Positions 20,986 through 30,421 of a stretch of DNA of 64,000 nt are shown in pieces. The DNA is from Thermoproteota archaeon (GTDB lineage Archaea > Korarchaeota > Korarchaeia > Korarchaeales > Korarchaeaceae), in contig WALU01000035.1 in assembly GCA_015522685.1 (NCBI GenBank), forward strand, positions 58,035 to 122,034, in the 5' to 3' direction. The translations under genes and the position numbers were made by a program. Within the stretch, counting starts at the first letter, position 1, and every line of letters begins with the position of its first letter. The notes under the pieces are model-generated. The model made no database searches. It was not told the DNA's origin and worked only from the letters and a program-made list of their open reading frames with translations.

Positions 20986-22154
20986 ATAATTCCTTCTATC
21001 ACACCGATGGCGCGATCAATAAAGTTCCAGTTTTCATATTTTTTCCTAAAGTGAGTAGTTTTTCTCAAAAATTTTGAGTGAAAGGATCTTATTGCCTTGA
21101 AAAAGTCAGTTTTTATAGAACTTTGTTCTAGAAGTATGCCTAGTCCCATATCCTGAACGCTTTTAGCATTCTCTATTTTCTCAGTTTGACCTGGAACAGG
21201 TATCAGTAGAAGAGGCTTACCACATACCAATGCCTCTGAAATTGTGGTATGCCCTGCCCTAGATACTACGACTTTAGCCCTGCTTAGATATTCCCATTTA
21301 TCTGGTAACCAGCTGTATACTGTAACGTTGCCTGATAGTTTGAGAACTCCATTCTTTCTAGGATCGCCCAAAGAGATAATGAATCTATAGTCCTCAAGAT
21401 CGGGAGGAATATTTTTAGCTAAATCTAAGATGCTCTCTGCTAAGGATTCCCTTTCTCTCTTTGGACCAGATATCATAACCAAGATAATATTCTCAGGTTC
21501 ATATTGTTTGCATTTCGGCTGAATAAGAGGACCTGAGAACACCACCCTATCATTTAGAGGTTTAGGTAAGTCGCTTGTGTGAAATCTAGATATACTGTCA
21601 TTAGGAGGAAAGTCTGCTATTATTGAAGCATAAGCTAGCCCCCAGAACCTAGTGATTGCTGAATTAACTAATTTTTCAAAAATTTTTATTGCTATTGATA
21701 TATCTCCCAAGTTTCTATTAATGGGAATTGCTTTATAAAATAAGGGAGAGAGGAGAAGTTTAGGCTGATTCAGTATCACTACGCTAGATACTCCTAGATA
21801 TTGAGAAGCCATGAGAGTTGATGCGCGGGAGTCTGAGATTACTATATCCGGTGAGATGTACTCGATATTTTCCTTTTCCTTCCTTAAATGCTCTATGAAT
21901 TTCCTAAAATCAGATAGACTACTTAGAGTCTTTTTTATATCTGGCTGGCCATTCGGTTTTTGCTTCCAGATTATTTCTTCACCTCCTTTGATTAGATCGG
22001 CCTCTGGCATGGTTCTCTGAATGTACTCTATTGCATCTCCGTAGGCTGAAAAGAAAATTCGGAAACCCTCTTTATCAAGTCTCTTAGCTAGACTAACACA
22101 TCTGGAAGCATGACCAAATCCTATTCCAAGGGGAGAGATATATGCTTTTAGCAT
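20979..22154 (-). CDS. GT-B glycosyltransferase, GT28 / MJ1255-like
   Basis: G.GFGHASR, DIVISD, VSRAGHTTISEA...GKP.LLIP..GQTE...NA. Confidence 0.85.
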   Translation of the reverse strand: MLKAYISPLGIGFGHASRCVSLAKRLDKEGFRIFFSAYGDAIEYIQRTMPEADLIKGGEEIIWKQKPNGQPDIKKTLSSLSDFRKFIEHLRKEKENIEYISPDIVISDSRASTLMASQYLGVSSVVILNQPKLLLSPLFYKAIPINRNLGDISIAIKIFEKLVNSAITRFWGLAYASIIADFPPNDSISRFHTSDLPKPLNDRVVFSGPLIQPKCKQYEPENIILVMISGPKRERESLAESILDLAKNIPPDLEDYRFIISLGDPRKNGVLKLSGNVTVYSWLPDKWEYLSRAKVVVSRAGHTTISEALVCGKPLLLIPVPGQTEKIENAKSVQDMGLGILLEQSSIKTDFFKAIRSFHSKFLRKTTHFRKKYENWNFIDRAIGVIEGIIY

Positions 22155-22156
22155 TC

Positions 22157-22771
22157 TTATATCTCCTTTTTAACTATCTTCCCCTTAGGCTTGACTTCTG
22201 AGAAGATTTCCGCTGGGAATATGTATACTTCAGTACCGCTATATAGCCAGCAATCTTTCCACAATCCAGCTTTAAGGCAAGTTTGACTGAGGAATTCAGT
22301 GGAATTCCATGAGTATTCCGTTGCAACTTGTGGAAGTAATAGACCAGAATAGAATCCCCTTTTGATTATTAATCCATGATTTCCAATCCTAATCATCTTA
22401 GGTAGACTTTCTCTATCAACGACTTTATCATCTATTCTTTTAGGCGGGGTTAATATTGACACTTCTACTGTTACACTGCCCAGCTCATCTTTAGATAGAG
22501 GAGGGAACCTTGGATCTTCAAATGCTGCTGCTACAGCTGCTCTAATGACAGCTTGATAGAGAGGTAAAATAGGCTCTGGATAGCCTATGCATCCCCTTAA
22601 CGTGCCATCGGGAAATGTATTCAGAGTAACAAATGCACCAGATGGTTTCTCTAGTTTGGTATAAGATGGTGATTTGATTTTAGGAAATACGCCTTTTATC
22701 ATATAAGTTTCGATAGATTTCCTAGCTAATTTAACTAGGTAAGTCCCTTCTTCTAACGAGAATTTATCCAT
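22157..22771 (-). CDS. AMMECR1-domain protein (TIGR00296)
   Basis: GAFVTL, LRGCIG, AF.DPRF, GLLLPQVA, KAGL. Confidence 0.93.
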   Translation of the reverse strand: MDKFSLEEGTYLVKLARKSIETYMIKGVFPKIKSPSYTKLEKPSGAFVTLNTFPDGTLRGCIGYPEPILPLYQAVIRAAVAAAFEDPRFPPLSKDELGSVTVEVSILTPPKRIDDKVVDRESLPKMIRIGNHGLIIKRGFYSGLLLPQVATEYSWNSTEFLSQTCLKAGLWKDCWLYSGTEVYIFPAEIFSEVKPKGKIVKKEI

Positions 22772-22775
22772 AAGA

Positions 22776-23642
22776 TCACCTCCTTAGCAAGGCTACTGGA
22801 TTGCCCAAACTTCCCCCGACATTCTCAGCTAATGCTTCGCATTTAAGGGTCGTCAAGTAAAATACTGGTGCTCCTAAATCTATCTCTGTTAATGTTTCAT
22901 AATTAGCCATGCCTTTGGCAATAATTAGCCTTGATGATTCAAGAATGTTCATATTTATCTTGCTCTCCTTCTCAATCATTACCCCAAGGGGAGATTCGAG
23001 AGCGAATACGTATGAGCTGTTATAAATATTTTTTAACTCATCGTATGTTATATCATCAGCTGCTGGATTTTTCTTAGCAAATATATAGACTGTTTTGCCT
23101 ATTATCTCAAGATAATTCGCAAGTATTAGGTCAACGGGGACCTCGTGAGCATTATCTAAAATCAAAGAGATTATATCGCTGGAACTCATTCTAGAAATCA
23201 AGTCAAAAGCCTCCTCTGAATGATCTATCTGTAGATCCTTCCTTATTGTCTTCATAAATCGGTTTACTAGATCAGATTCACCATGAAGAGGAACTTCATA
23301 GCCATTCATGGCTGATGAATTTAGTACAAGCCATCTAAATCTGTGATAGCCTTCTGGTAAGTTAGATAACTCTTCATTGATCAATGGAACTATTTTCTCA
23401 TTTATTACCTTAATAAGTTGATATTTAATGCTTTTATATGGGTCCTTCTCCCCAGAGAATTTCTGTAATAGTAATTCTTTATAGTATGCGATATGGGCAG
23501 GTGTAGGTGCACTATCAAGCTTTTCATCGAGAATTTTCACTACCTCTCTGATGAAGGATAGTCTCTTATTGGGCTGTAATATTCGAGCCTCTCTCGCAGC
23601 TACTTTGAGTATGCATGCAGGACATCTATAATCTACTTTCAT
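22776..23642 (-). CDS. DUF89 / ARMT1-like damage-control phosphatase
   Basis: N-terminal C..C, DPY...K, LDNA.E...D, IAKGMANYETL, KC. Confidence 0.85.
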   Translation of the reverse strand: MKVDYRCPACILKVAAREARILQPNKRLSFIREVVKILDEKLDSAPTPAHIAYYKELLLQKFSGEKDPYKSIKYQLIKVINEKIVPLINEELSNLPEGYHRFRWLVLNSSAMNGYEVPLHGESDLVNRFMKTIRKDLQIDHSEEAFDLISRMSSSDIISLILDNAHEVPVDLILANYLEIIGKTVYIFAKKNPAADDITYDELKNIYNSSYVFALESPLGVMIEKESKINMNILESSRLIIAKGMANYETLTEIDLGAPVFYLTTLKCEALAENVGGSLGNPVALLRR

Positions 23643-23696
23643 GTCTCTCGGGAGTATGACCGAAAAATTGATTAAAATTTAAGGGGATGTAATCTT

Positions 23697-24386
23697 ATGA
23701 TTGAGACTCCGAGGCTCTTGATCAATCTTAAGGCTTATTTAGAATCTTCAGGAGATAGTGCTTTGAGAATAGCTAAAGCTGCTGAGAAGGCATGGAGAGA
23801 GACGAATATACTTATTGGAATAGCGCCCAATATAATATATCTGAGGATGCTAGCTCTTGATGTTGAAATACCTGTATATGCCCAGCATATAGATCCCGTC
23901 AGTGTTGGAGCCCATACAGGCCACGTACCACCAGATCTCGTAAAATCTGTGGGAGGAAGTGGATCCTTAATAAACCATTCTGAGAGGCAGGTTGGCTTGC
24001 ATCATATAAGTGAGGTAGTTAAAATGCTAAGAGAACTCAATCTCTCTTCAATAGTATGTGTTCCAACTCCAGAGGAAGCTGCTGCTGTATCAGCCTTAAA
24101 TCCAAATGCTATTGCTATAGAACCTCCTGAACTTATAGGAACAGGAGTATCTGTATCAAAGGCTAAGCCAGAAGTCGTAGTAGATTCCTTGAAGGCTGTT
24201 ATTGATGTCAATCCGAATGTAGATCTCTTTTGTGGCGCTGGGATAACTAATGAAGATGATGTAAGAGCCGCTATAAAGCTAGGAAGTTATGGTATATTAG
24301 TGGCATCTGCTATTGCTAAGAGTCCAGATCCTTACAAAAAAATTAGAGAATTAATAAAACCTTTTATTGAGATCACTCGGGCTTAA
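23697..24386 (+). CDS. tpiA: Triosephosphate isomerase (archaeal type)
   Basis: INLKAY, GAHTG, NHSE, IEPPELIGTG, CGAGI, LVASA. Confidence 0.95.
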   Translation: MIETPRLLINLKAYLESSGDSALRIAKAAEKAWRETNILIGIAPNIIYLRMLALDVEIPVYAQHIDPVSVGAHTGHVPPDLVKSVGGSGSLINHSERQVGLHHISEVVKMLRELNLSSIVCVPTPEEAAAVSALNPNAIAIEPPELIGTGVSVSKAKPEVVVDSLKAVIDVNPNVDLFCGAGITNEDDVRAAIKLGSYGILVASAIAKSPDPYKKIRELIKPFIEITRA

Positions 24387-25470
24387 ATCTATCCTTGAGT
24401 TTCTCTAATACCTTTGGTAAGGTGGTATACTCCATTTCCTCAGGTCCTAATCTATGGGGCATAAAAGGTCCATGCCTTCTCATGTAATCAGTTACGAGAT
24501 TAGCCATTCTCCTAGTCTCATCGAATGCTACATCAGAGAATAGATCACTTGGGCCTATGAGCTTGGAGCTTTGAACCTGAAAGCCCAGAGCTATTATTCT
24601 AGGCGGCCCATCAAACCTCGTAGGTCTTGCATCTGCTTCAGAGACCGGCATTAGAGGTCCATTATGTGATCCTCTCATCCAACCAGCAACTAGGAAGGGA
24701 AATGAATATGGTTCTAGGACCTCACCTAAGGCAGGAAAGCCACTCTGCGCTCTCACTATTGCTACAGGGTCATCTTTCCCTACATACTTACCAGCAATGA
24801 GATTTAGCCTAGTAGTACTTACACATGCTGCTATCTCCCTATCCGATTTCCTAAAGATCCTTCTCACTAGATATCTATTAGGAGTTCCTATAAGAGATAA
24901 AATGCCATACATCTCCTCTGGAGAAGACATCTCCACTACTTTACTCTCTATAACATCCATTATTTCGAATATAAAGCCATTATGCAGCCTAGGATCTATT
25001 ACTAAGCCTGCCGTATTGAATGGATCAGCAAATGTCTTAAACATTGGAAGATTGAATGCTCCTGGTTCCGTCTTATCGGCCATGAATATAACAATAGGGT
25101 CAGAAGGCCTCTCTTCAAACTCCATCTCTGCTACTCCTGGGCCCATTCCTTTAAGGTTTCCTGAAAAAGCGTCCTTTAGGAGATCTTGACCAGCACCATA
25201 TAAACCTAATTCTTTAGCTACCTCTGTAGCCTTCTTAAATGTATTCCAAGCAAGCTCGTGTATTTCAGGATTCTCTACTCCCTTCCTATGAGTCATAACC
25301 AGCTGAAGGTCATCTCCAACTGAGGTTACATAGAAATCCTCTATGAGTCTGCTATCCTTGGCCTTAGATAATTCTTCTGTAGCTATCTTCTTAAGCCTAG
25401 GATGAACAATGTGATGACCTGCAAGACCCCCTACATCTGCTTTTATGACTGAAACTGTAGTCTTTACCAT
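24373..25470 (-). CDS. fbp: Bifunctional fructose-1,6-bisphosphate aldolase/phosphatase
   Basis: SVIKADVG...GH, GDD, YGAGQDLL, DKTEPGAFN, YVGKDDP, GWMRGSH, EMEYT. Confidence 0.97.
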   Translation of the reverse strand: MVKTTVSVIKADVGGLAGHHIVHPRLKKIATEELSKAKDSRLIEDFYVTSVGDDLQLVMTHRKGVENPEIHELAWNTFKKATEVAKELGLYGAGQDLLKDAFSGNLKGMGPGVAEMEFEERPSDPIVIFMADKTEPGAFNLPMFKTFADPFNTAGLVIDPRLHNGFIFEIMDVIESKVVEMSSPEEMYGILSLIGTPNRYLVRRIFRKSDREIAACVSTTRLNLIAGKYVGKDDPVAIVRAQSGFPALGEVLEPYSFPFLVAGWMRGSHNGPLMPVSEADARPTRFDGPPRIIALGFQVQSSKLIGPSDLFSDVAFDETRRMANLVTDYMRRHGPFMPHRLGPEEMEYTTLPKVLEKLKDRFKPE

Positions 25471-25537
25471 ATGGGATCACCCTTATTATTCAGAGTAGAG
25501 GAATATTAAAGTAGCCTAAGAAATACCTCTCAAATGT

Positions 25538-26173
25538 TCAATTGAATACTAAATACCCGTCCTCAGCCAATATCCTTCTAAGCTTATATACAGCCCTTTT
25601 TACGTCAGATTCCTTCTTAGCACCAGTGCATACTAAACTACCTGATGCAAATATGAGGAATACGACATCTGGATCTCTCATCCTGAATATCAACCCAGGA
25701 AACTGCTCCGGCTCATAGAGCGTGTTGGGTAGTTCTAGAGCTAGTTTTTCTATATCTACCTTAATGAATAATCTAGCAGAAGCAACTATGTTCTCTGCTT
25801 TTATGAGGGGCCTTCTTTTTACATCTATACCATGTTTTTTGAGGACTCCTATTGCTGCATTAATGGCTCTAGCTGATTCTTCAACAGATTTTGTACCTGT
25901 ACAGACGAACTTACCGCTACTAAAAAGGAGTAAGGCTGCCTTAGGCTCATCTAATTTAAGAACTAATCCTGGAAACTTCTCTGGATCATATCTAGACTTC
26001 TTAATCTTTCTAGCTATTTCATGGAGATCTAGCCTTTGCCTAATATCTGCAGATGATACCACATTTTGTATAGTGATCTCAGGATCCTTTAGCCCACTCA
26101 GCATTTTTTCTATATCTCTCTCCTTAGAAGTTCTCTCTTCTATTAATCCGCCTTTATCATTGTCAAGTGACAT
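25538..26173 (-). CDS. tbp: TATA-box binding protein
   Basis: Two repeats: IQNVVSS..YDPEKFPGL..FSSGK.VCTG.KS and ENIVAS..YEPEQFPGL..FASG..VCTGAK. Confidence 0.96.
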   Translation of the reverse strand: MSLDNDKGGLIEERTSKERDIEKMLSGLKDPEITIQNVVSSADIRQRLDLHEIARKIKKSRYDPEKFPGLVLKLDEPKAALLLFSSGKFVCTGTKSVEESARAINAAIGVLKKHGIDVKRRPLIKAENIVASARLFIKVDIEKLALELPNTLYEPEQFPGLIFRMRDPDVVFLIFASGSLVCTGAKKESDVKRAVYKLRRILAEDGYLVFN

Positions 26174-26311
26174 ATTTCTCAACTCATTGTTATAAAGATG
26201 GTCTATTATATAAAAAGGAGATCGATGATGCAGAGGGAGATAAATAACTCAAATAAATGAACATATTCATAGAAAATCCTTAAGCTAATTTACCTATGAA
26301 GATTGCATATC

Positions 26312-26860
26312 TTATAGCTTCATCTGATCTTCATTATCATCAATCTCTAAGCCTTCTCCTGCGCCCATCCTCTGAGAATATTCATACAGCACTATTCCTA
26401 TTATTATCCCTATTATAGCTAGTTTAGCTGGAAGACTTTGTAGGATTTCTAGGACTCCTCCTATGTAAGGGACTCTAAATATCGCCTTTCCGTAGATATC
26501 ATTTATAGTTCTATAGCTAGGATCCATGATCAGATTATTGTCGCCCTTTGTGAAAAATATTGGACCGTTAGGGCCTATAGATATCCTCACGATTCTATGT
26601 ACTATAAGGGAGCTAGACCAAGGAACCCTAAATACTATTATATCCCCCACCTTAAGCTGATAGGGATCTGCTTTCACAACAATAAGTAAATCGCCTACAT
26701 CTAATGTGGGTCTCATGGAACCAGAGGTGACTACTGTAAACGGCGATTCTACTCCTGTAAAAAGGGGAAGAGCTGCCTTGAAAAATAGTAAGAAAATGAT
26801 AAAAAGTACAGCTAGAGTTACTAACTCCTTCCCAAGCCATTTATTAGCATCTTCTGCCAA
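26312..26860 (-). CDS. sec11: Signal peptidase I (Sec11/SipW type)
   Basis: VTSGSMRP, GDII, IVHR, TKGDNN; flanking TM helices. Confidence 0.92.
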   Translation of the reverse strand: MAEDANKWLGKELVTLAVLFIIFLLFFKAALPLFTGVESPFTVVTSGSMRPTLDVGDLLIVVKADPYQLKVGDIIVFRVPWSSSLIVHRIVRISIGPNGPIFFTKGDNNLIMDPSYRTINDIYGKAIFRVPYIGGVLEILQSLPAKLAIIGIIIGIVLYEYSQRMGAGEGLEIDDNEDQMKL

Positions 26861-26861
26861 T

Positions 26862-27005
26862 TTAAATCGCCTTAACTACCTTAGGTTCCTCTTTTCTTAC
26901 TTTTCTTAGTATCCTATAACCACAACGAGGGCATTTGAAGTCTTTGAAGTATTCCTCCATTTCTTCTTTAGTAAAGGTATATCCACATCTTAGGCATTGA
27001 TACAT
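26862..27005 (-). CDS. rpoP: RNA polymerase subunit Rpo12 (P)
   Basis: Below the ORF-track cutoff. Manual translation MYQCLRCGYTFTKEEMEEYFKDFKCPRCGYRILRKVRKEEPKVVKAI*: C4 Zn ribbon plus RIL.K.R...KA. Confidence 0.92.
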   Translation of the reverse strand: MYQCLRCGYTFTKEEMEEYFKDFKCPRCGYRILRKVRKEEPKVVKAI

Positions 27006-27049
27006 TGCTCTCACCAGTAGAAAATCTGGATCTGATCGCTATCATAAAT

Positions 27050-28066
27050 TTATTCTTGTGCTTGAGAAGATACCTTAATTTTCTCCGAAACCCTTCTTTT
27101 TATCTCTGAAAGCCTCTCTTCCTCTATCTCCTCCAACCATTCCTTTCTAGCTTTTTGTATTAGCTCCTTATACCTATTTCTCACAGTTACTTCAGTGACG
27201 TTGGCGGCTTGAGCTAGCTCCCTCTGTGTCCTGTGAATTCCTAGCTCCTGGCATGCCATATAAACAGCAGCCGCTGCAACACCAACAGGCTCTCTTCCCA
27301 TAGTAGCTCCATTTCGCTTAGCTATCTTAATTATTCTGATGGCCTGTGTAGCGATTTCCTCAGGTAAATTAAGCTTAGAGCATATAAGATAAACAAAGTT
27401 CTCTGACTTTGGTGGGGGGATCTGTATACCAAGCTTCCTAAAGAGGAATCTAAAGCTTCTTCCAACCTCCTTTTCCTCTAGTGAGAAATATCTAGATACT
27501 TCCTCTAAGGTTCTTGGAACATCTGTTCTCCTGCATGCGGCATATATGACGGCTGCTACCATAGCATCCATACTCCTTCCCTTAACTAATCCGGCACGAG
27601 CAGCCATTCTGTATAGAGTAGCAGCATCTTCTACAGTTTCCTGTGGTATATTCAGAGATTCAGCGGCATCCCTTATCTTCCTTAAAGCAGGCTCTACTGT
27701 TTTTTCCTTAGAATCAGCTACGTGTTTTTGAGTTCTTTTTAGCTGATTTACAGATTTCTTACTTAATCCACGAGTAAGTGTTATCTCTGTATCTAGACCA
27801 AAACTAGGTCTTAGGGGAGTAACTGGAGCACCTGCGTGCGCTCTCTCCATATATTCATCTGAATCGAAGGCTCTCCAATCTTTAGAAAAGTTAAGTATAC
27901 TAGAATCGATAATTAGGCCGCAATCTTGACATACTAGATCACCGGTTTCAGGATCCTCTACTATATTTGTGCTACCACATCGAGGACAACGAAATTCCTC
28001 CTCAGCTTCAGAAGATTTTTTAGCCTTTCCACGTTTCTCCTTAGATTTAGACAGATAAGACACCAC
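27050..28066 (-). CDS. tfb: Transcription initiation factor B
   Basis: CPRCG...C.DCG Zn ribbon, WRAF, GRS...AA..YAACR, RTQ.E.A..A.VTEVTVRNRYKEL. Confidence 0.96.
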   Translation of the reverse strand: MVSYLSKSKEKRGKAKKSSEAEEEFRCPRCGSTNIVEDPETGDLVCQDCGLIIDSSILNFSKDWRAFDSDEYMERAHAGAPVTPLRPSFGLDTEITLTRGLSKKSVNQLKRTQKHVADSKEKTVEPALRKIRDAAESLNIPQETVEDAATLYRMAARAGLVKGRSMDAMVAAVIYAACRRTDVPRTLEEVSRYFSLEEKEVGRSFRFLFRKLGIQIPPPKSENFVYLICSKLNLPEEIATQAIRIIKIAKRNGATMGREPVGVAAAAVYMACQELGIHRTQRELAQAANVTEVTVRNRYKELIQKARKEWLEEIEEERLSEIKRRVSEKIKVSSQAQE

Positions 28067-28088
28067 CCAACTTAGTAAATTGCCGAAT

Positions 28089-28120
28089 AGTATATCTGAT
28101 ATACTTTTATAAACTTTGCG
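28089..28120 (-). promoter_or_regulatory. tfb promoter: BRE (CGCAAAG) + TATA (TTTATAAA) followed by an 8-1-8 palindrome
   Basis: Minus strand CGCAAAG-TTTATAAA at 28120-28106; AGTATATC-T-GATATACT at 28089-28105. Confidence 0.7.
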
Positions 28121-28286
28121 GTAATATTATATGTATTAGTATTTATGGCAATATAACTTTAATTTAATGTCAATATGCTCTCATACAAATACTTCATTGG
28201 ATTAATATCAAAGAAAGATATATTCGGCTAGTAAGATATATTGGCATACATAAGGTTTTTAGATCCATAGACCTCATTAAGAATCA

Positions 28287-28360
28287 GCGGCCGTAGTCTA
28301 GCTTGGATAGGATGTCGGCCCTCCAAGCCGGAGACCCGGGTTCAAATCCCGGCGGCCGCA
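28287..28360 (+). tRNA. tRNA-Gly(UCC) with atypical C33
   Basis: GCGGCCG/CGGCCGC-A acceptor; anticodon arm TCGGC-CCTCCAA-GCCGG; T arm CCGGG-TTCAAAT-CCCGG. Confidence 0.93.
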
Positions 28361-28382
28361 TCACTTATTAGGTGATATCCAG

Positions 28383-28718
28383 TTGGAGGATGAAATAGAA
28401 AGTAAGATATCTAAATTAGTGCGGGAATTGGCTAGAAAATATGGTTTTAGAACAGATAAAGCCTTAGACATAATAGCTGACCTCACTATTACCTTCATAA
28501 GATCCATTTTATCATCCAAGGAGAAATTATCTTCATTATCAGATCTTTTAGGGGAAGAAGATGAATGGAAGTACGTCGCTTTTTCCGTAAAAAGAACTCC
28601 TGTTTGCTCAAGCCCCTGCTTGATATCTCTAGATCTTGAAGGAGTTGTCAGAGAATATGGTTTTGGAAACCTCCATTATTTTCTCTTACTCAAGCATATG
28701 TGCGGGGGAAATGATTGA
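28383..28718 (+). CDS. Hypothetical protein
   Basis: 111-aa ORF with AGGTGA SD, starting 22 nt after tRNA-Gly and overlapping the next gene. Confidence 0.65.
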   Translation: MEDEIESKISKLVRELARKYGFRTDKALDIIADLTITFIRSILSSKEKLSSLSDLLGEEDEWKYVAFSVKRTPVCSSPCLISLDLEGVVREYGFGNLHYFLLLKHMCGGND

Positions 28719-30385
28719 GATCAGCGTATCTGCTAATGGTTATAATTCTATTCTCATGTGTTCCATTAAATAGTTCAAGAAGCTTACCACAAGTGTATTT
28801 AGCTGGCGATATTAAAACTGCAGCATATTATACATCCTCATTAAATAATAGCTATAGGATAGTCCTTTCAAATAACATAACTAAGACCAAACTAAGGCTG
28901 AAGAGAATAGGTACGCTAATGAAAGAAGTTGCAATGAAAAAAAATATTTACATTAAAGGGCTAAGCCCTAAAGAGCTAGCATACCTCTTAGTTTACTTGC
29001 ATGAGATCAATAAGCCAGATGTTTTGTATAATAAAAGCAAAATACATTCCATATTAAGCAGATTAGGTGATATCATTAAAAACATCTCTAGTAGAAGATC
29101 CAGCTATGCAATTTTGTTTTTCAGTTCAGATGGGGATTATTATGCAATTTTAGCAGCTTATGCAGCAATATTAAAAAAAGCTAGAATGATAGATATGGAT
29201 TATATTAAAGTTAATCCAGCATCGTTGAGAGGCGTAGATTATATGATCATGATTACGAAACCCTTGACTAACATTAACTATGGGAGGTATGATAAAGTTC
29301 TGAAATTGGCATTAGGCATAGATAATGATCCATATTTAGATTCATCTCTCGGAGTAATAACGGGAGTTACAATAGATACTCCTTTCATACTTCTCTTGGG
29401 ATCAACTTTCATCTCATCTATGTCAAGTAAAGCAGTAAGAGGCATTTCTTTAGAAGATGATCTCCCCTTAGCTCGTAAGATAGAATATGTTTCTTCATCC
29501 TATGGCTATAATTCTAAGATAATTCACCCTAATATAAGATATAGTAATATAACTCCTGAAATTGCATTATCAATATTAAATGAGGCGGAAGGCGGCATAA
29601 TTTACTTAAATTTACATGGAAATCCGTATGTGATGGCTTTAAAGAGTGACAGATACCCAATAATCACATCTTCTCTCATAAGGAGAGCAGAGATAGATGC
29701 TTCTATAATAATCACATTATCTTGTGATACTTTGAGATTTTCAGAACTAGAAGATCCGGGCAGATTAATAGCTTACTCTATGCTCCAAGCTGGAACTTTT
29801 GCTTACGTTGGCTCCAGAAAAGTAGAATTTAGCATAAGTTCCGAAGCAGGTACGTCCTATCCTGATCTTCTTCTCTTGATGCTCATGAATGGATACTCCA
29901 TAGGAGAGGCTGTTATGACCATCAATAACTTTCATATAATGGAGTTTCAAAAGGCGGGCATTAGAAACACTGAGGCAGCTTATGAGATTCTTCTAGGGGA
30001 TCCTTCTCTGAAATTAAGAAGTAATACTATGTTTCCGTATAGAGTTCAGCGTATAGCTGGCAGGAAATATGAAATCTATATATTAAGTACTATACCTACG
30101 GTGTATGTTAGACTTACGGGCCTGCAAGGAAATGTAAGGGATATCCATATTGAAAGCAAACTTCCATCTACCTATTATGTATGGTATGTAGATGATAGGG
30201 GTGTGTCTATCTATATATCAACACTCTCCTCAAGCTATAGTGGCTACTTTCCTAGAAAATCAGGTATTCTAATAGAAATACTAGCAAATCAATGGTATCT
30301 GGAGCTAATACCATACATAGCAATTCTGCTAACCATAATCTTATTTCTAGGAATGATTCTGTATTCCAGGAAAGATCACGAATAG
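28715..30385 (+). CDS. Membrane-anchored surface protein with a C25 (gingipain-like) cysteine peptidase domain
   Basis: Signal peptide; YLNLHGNP (His), ITLSC (Cys), AYVGS, G.SIGEA, LLGDPSL; C-terminal TM helix and short charged tail. Confidence 0.7.
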   Translation: MRSAYLLMVIILFSCVPLNSSRSLPQVYLAGDIKTAAYYTSSLNNSYRIVLSNNITKTKLRLKRIGTLMKEVAMKKNIYIKGLSPKELAYLLVYLHEINKPDVLYNKSKIHSILSRLGDIIKNISSRRSSYAILFFSSDGDYYAILAAYAAILKKARMIDMDYIKVNPASLRGVDYMIMITKPLTNINYGRYDKVLKLALGIDNDPYLDSSLGVITGVTIDTPFILLLGSTFISSMSSKAVRGISLEDDLPLARKIEYVSSSYGYNSKIIHPNIRYSNITPEIALSILNEAEGGIIYLNLHGNPYVMALKSDRYPIITSSLIRRAEIDASIIITLSCDTLRFSELEDPGRLIAYSMLQAGTFAYVGSRKVEFSISSEAGTSYPDLLLLMLMNGYSIGEAVMTINNFHIMEFQKAGIRNTEAAYEILLGDPSLKLRSNTMFPYRVQRIAGRKYEIYILSTIPTVYVRLTGLQGNVRDIHIESKLPSTYYVWYVDDRGVSIYISTLSSSYSGYFPRKSGILIEILANQWYLELIPYIAILLTIILFLGMILYSRKDHE

Positions 30386-30421
30386 TATTTATAAAGAGAT
30401 TCAGTTAATGGTAAGGGGTGG

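Noticed and set aside
28315-28331. Reading the tRNA at 28287 as Trp(CCA)
   Set aside because: Shifting the loop to CTCCAAG breaks the anticodon stem; the acceptor stem and A73 fit Gly.
28361-30421. Integrated element between tRNA-Gly and tRNA-Thr
   Set aside because: No integrase, transposase or duplicated tRNA 3' end is visible.
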